A stretch of DNA of 64,000 nucleotides from the NCBI GenBank assembly GCA_021773235.1, contig JAJFKL010000021.1, forward strand, positions 59,540 through 123,539, written 5' to 3'. Below, one piece after another: positions 61,718 through 64,000 of the stretch. This DNA comes from Gammaproteobacteria bacterium. GTDB taxonomy: Bacteria > Pseudomonadota > Gammaproteobacteria > Eutrophobiales > Eutrophobiaceae. The stretch's first letter is position 1. Each line of letters opens with the position of its first letter. The position numbers and the translations under genes were made by a program. The notes under the pieces were generated by a model. It was not told the origin of the DNA. It worked only from the letters and a program-made list of their open reading frames with translations, and searched no databases.

Positions 61718-62206
61718 CTATCTTAATTTATAGATAGGTACAGCATCATCTGCTGCTGCTTGATAGCGCACAGAGAAATCATTAAAACTTTTCAGTGCTT
61801 CTTCAGCATCCTTGCCTTCACTCACTTCAAAACAATCGATACCACAACGAAACATAAAAAACATTTGATCACGTAATACGTTCCCGATCGCGCGTAACTC
61901 ACCATCGAAACCATACCGATCGCGTAACATTCGAGCATGAGTATAGGAACGACCATCTTTAAAAGCCGGAAAATCAAGTCCAACAATTGAAAAATGTTTC
62001 AAGTCTTCAGACAATTCTTCTGTCTCTATATCACCGTCAATCCAGATAGCATGTATTGAATCTTGTTTTAATAATTCTTCACAATTCGCCTGCCAATATG
62101 TAAAAGGTAAAATGACTTTACCTTCAGGAATTGGTGCTGAATCATCTAATTCACGTGCGATGATCCAATCATCATCACTAATCTTTTTATCTTTAATTAT
62201 TCGCAT
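61718..62206 (-). CDS. DUF934 family protein (sulfite reductase-associated)
   Basis: FPAFKDGRSY, LRDRYGFDGELRAIG, RDQ, RCG; overlaps the cysI stop. Confidence 0.9.
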   Translation of the reverse strand: MRIIKDKKISDDDWIIARELDDSAPIPEGKVILPFTYWQANCEELLKQDSIHAIWIDGDIETEELSEDLKHFSIVGLDFPAFKDGRSYTHARMLRDRYGFDGELRAIGNVLRDQMFFMFRCGIDCFEVSEGKDAEEALKSFNDFSVRYQAAADDAVPIYKLR

Positions 62207-63878
62207 AAGCTTTTTCCTTCACTGCTGTCTTCGGATAAACGCGATCCTTGAATGGAGTAATACCGACCCGACGATAAGTATCCAAAAAACGTTCCTCATC
62301 TTGGCGTTGCTCAACATACACATCAAGCAACTTACTAATTACATCGGCGACCTCTTCTTTCGCAATAGAGGGCCCGAGACGATCACCCAAACACGCATCT
62401 GTTTCAGCAGAGCCTCCTAGCGTTAGCTGATAAAACTCCTCGTCTTTTTTTCTGACGCCAAGAATACCGATATGCCCTACGTGATGATGCCCACAGGCAT
62501 TCATACATCCAGACATCTTGATCTTTAAGTCACCAATATCGTGCAAATAATCAATGTCATCGAATCTATCGTTGATCTGTTTGGCGATTGGGATTGAACC
62601 CGCATTTGCTAATGCACAAAAATCCAGACCAGGGCAACAGATCATGTCCGTCAACAGACCTATATTTGCTGTAGCCAGATCTTTTTCAGATAACTTTTCC
62701 CAAAGAGAAAATAAGTCAGCTTGTTTAACATTTGGCAATACCAGGTTTTGATCATGCGTTACAACAATTTCACCATAACTATATTGATCAGCAAGAGCAG
62801 CAATATGATCCATTTGTTCATCTGTTGCGTCGCCAGGTGCAATGCCGGGTGCTTTCAAAGAGACAACTACCGCTTTATAACCGGCAACCCGATGCGTAAA
62901 CAGATTTCGTTTCGCCCAATTGGAAAAAGCTTTATTTGATTTTTCTGCTTCATCAAAGCTCGTGTCGTCAGCTGCATTGTTATCATAGTCAGGAGAAGTA
63001 AAAAATCCTTTGACACGATCAATCTCTTTTTGATCAAGTTTTAAGACACTATCCTTTATATGCGACCATTCTTCCTCAACTTGACGGGTAAATTCCTCTT
63101 TACCGAGATCATTAACTAATATTTTAATACGGGCTCGATACATATTATCTCTACGACCATACCGATTGTAGACACGCAATATCGCTTCAAGATAAGAGAG
63201 CAAGTGTTGCTTCTCCAGGAATGGTCTGATACTTGGTCCGATAAATGGAGTACGACCTAAACCACCACCGACGATCACATTAAAACCAATTTCACCTGCA
63301 TCATTTTTAACCAGATAAAGACCTATATCATGTACTTTAACAGCGGCACGATCATCCGTTGCACCTGAAACTGCAATCTTGAATTTTCTCGGTAAGAATG
63401 AAAACTCAGGATGAAAGGTAGACCATTGTCTGATTATTTCGCAATAAGGTCTTGGGTCTTCTAACTCATCTTCTGCAATACCGGCAAACTGATCTGATGT
63501 CGTATTACGAATGTCATTACCACTTGTTTGAATCGCATGCATTTCAACACTGGCGAGATCAGCCAATATGTCTGGCACTGTTTCAAGTGCAGGCCAGTTG
63601 AATTGAACATTCTGACGCGTACTGAAATGGGCATAATTCTTGTCGTACTTTCTGGAAATATGAGCCAGCATTCTTAATTGTTCACTCGATAACAAACCAT
63701 AAGGAATCGCGACTCTAAGCATGGGCGCATATCGTTGAACATAAAGTCCATTCATCAAGCGTAATGGACGATATTCATCCTCAGTCAATTTTCCCGCTAA
63801 AAAACGCTCGGTTTGGTCGCGGAATTGAGCCACTCGTTCATCAACGATGGTCTGATCGTAATTATCGTACTTATACAT
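62193..63878 (-). CDS. cysI: Sulfite reductase hemoprotein (nitrite/sulfite reductase family)
   Basis: LRLMNGLY, MLRVAIPYG, STRQNVQ, LPRKFKIA; CPGLDFC and GCMNAC siroheme/4Fe-4S ligands. Confidence 0.92.
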   Translation of the reverse strand: MYKYDNYDQTIVDERVAQFRDQTERFLAGKLTEDEYRPLRLMNGLYVQRYAPMLRVAIPYGLLSSEQLRMLAHISRKYDKNYAHFSTRQNVQFNWPALETVPDILADLASVEMHAIQTSGNDIRNTTSDQFAGIAEDELEDPRPYCEIIRQWSTFHPEFSFLPRKFKIAVSGATDDRAAVKVHDIGLYLVKNDAGEIGFNVIVGGGLGRTPFIGPSIRPFLEKQHLLSYLEAILRVYNRYGRRDNMYRARIKILVNDLGKEEFTRQVEEEWSHIKDSVLKLDQKEIDRVKGFFTSPDYDNNAADDTSFDEAEKSNKAFSNWAKRNLFTHRVAGYKAVVVSLKAPGIAPGDATDEQMDHIAALADQYSYGEIVVTHDQNLVLPNVKQADLFSLWEKLSEKDLATANIGLLTDMICCPGLDFCALANAGSIPIAKQINDRFDDIDYLHDIGDLKIKMSGCMNACGHHHVGHIGILGVRKKDEEFYQLTLGGSAETDACLGDRLGPSIAKEEVADVISKLLDVYVEQRQDEERFLDTYRRVGITPFKDRVYPKTAVKEKAYANN

Positions 63879-64000
63879 ATGATTGGTGTTTGTCCTACAG
63901 TTTTAACGGATGCGAAAGATAGCAGTAAGTTTTAAGACGGAAAAGGAATGGATTTTACTATATTTATTCGTAATTGTTATATAAAGCAGCCACAATTTTC

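Noticed and set aside
63880-64000. CysB-type regulatory site upstream of cysI
   Set aside because: Plausible from context, but the region is AT-rich, truncated by the window edge and has no definable consensus match.

Overview
AT-rich chromosomal segment from a Gammaproteobacterium, judged from gene content and synteny; I cannot place it more precisely. The backbone is housekeeping: lptD-surA-pdxA-rsmA, apaG-apaH, lgt-thyA-folA, aroE, ubiK-comM, uvrA-MFS-ssb, pyk and cysI-DUF934. Several blocks are interleaved with it: (i) an RND/MFP/SDR/MBL-hydrolase operon divergent from lptD; (ii) an intergenic DnaA-box/IHF-like cluster after rsmA, followed by an orphan TRAP dctQM pair; (iii) two tandem glnK-amt units, each with its own sigma54 promoter and NtrC box, one box lying at the centre of a perfect 47-bp palindrome; (iv) a 4.5-kb cluster of small accessory genes, including an ATL protein and an N-terminally extended ADP-ribosylglycohydrolase; (v) a four-gene transport module inserted between thyA and folA, in which the TolC-type outer-membrane factor is fused to an ABC-type periplasmic substrate-binding domain and an MlaC-like protein follows the RND gene (my best candidate for an undescribed system); (vi) two c-di-GMP genes and an HDOD gene; (vii) a central-carbon block with GTP-type PEPCK (candidate structured leader RNA), an alphaproteobacterial-type serC-serA-serB operon and malate synthase G. 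Two modular, GGA-rich REP/MITE-like intergenic elements share exact motifs. I found no rRNA, tRNA, CRISPR array, integrase or transposase. All calls come from reading the sequence and recognising motifs; no searches were run.
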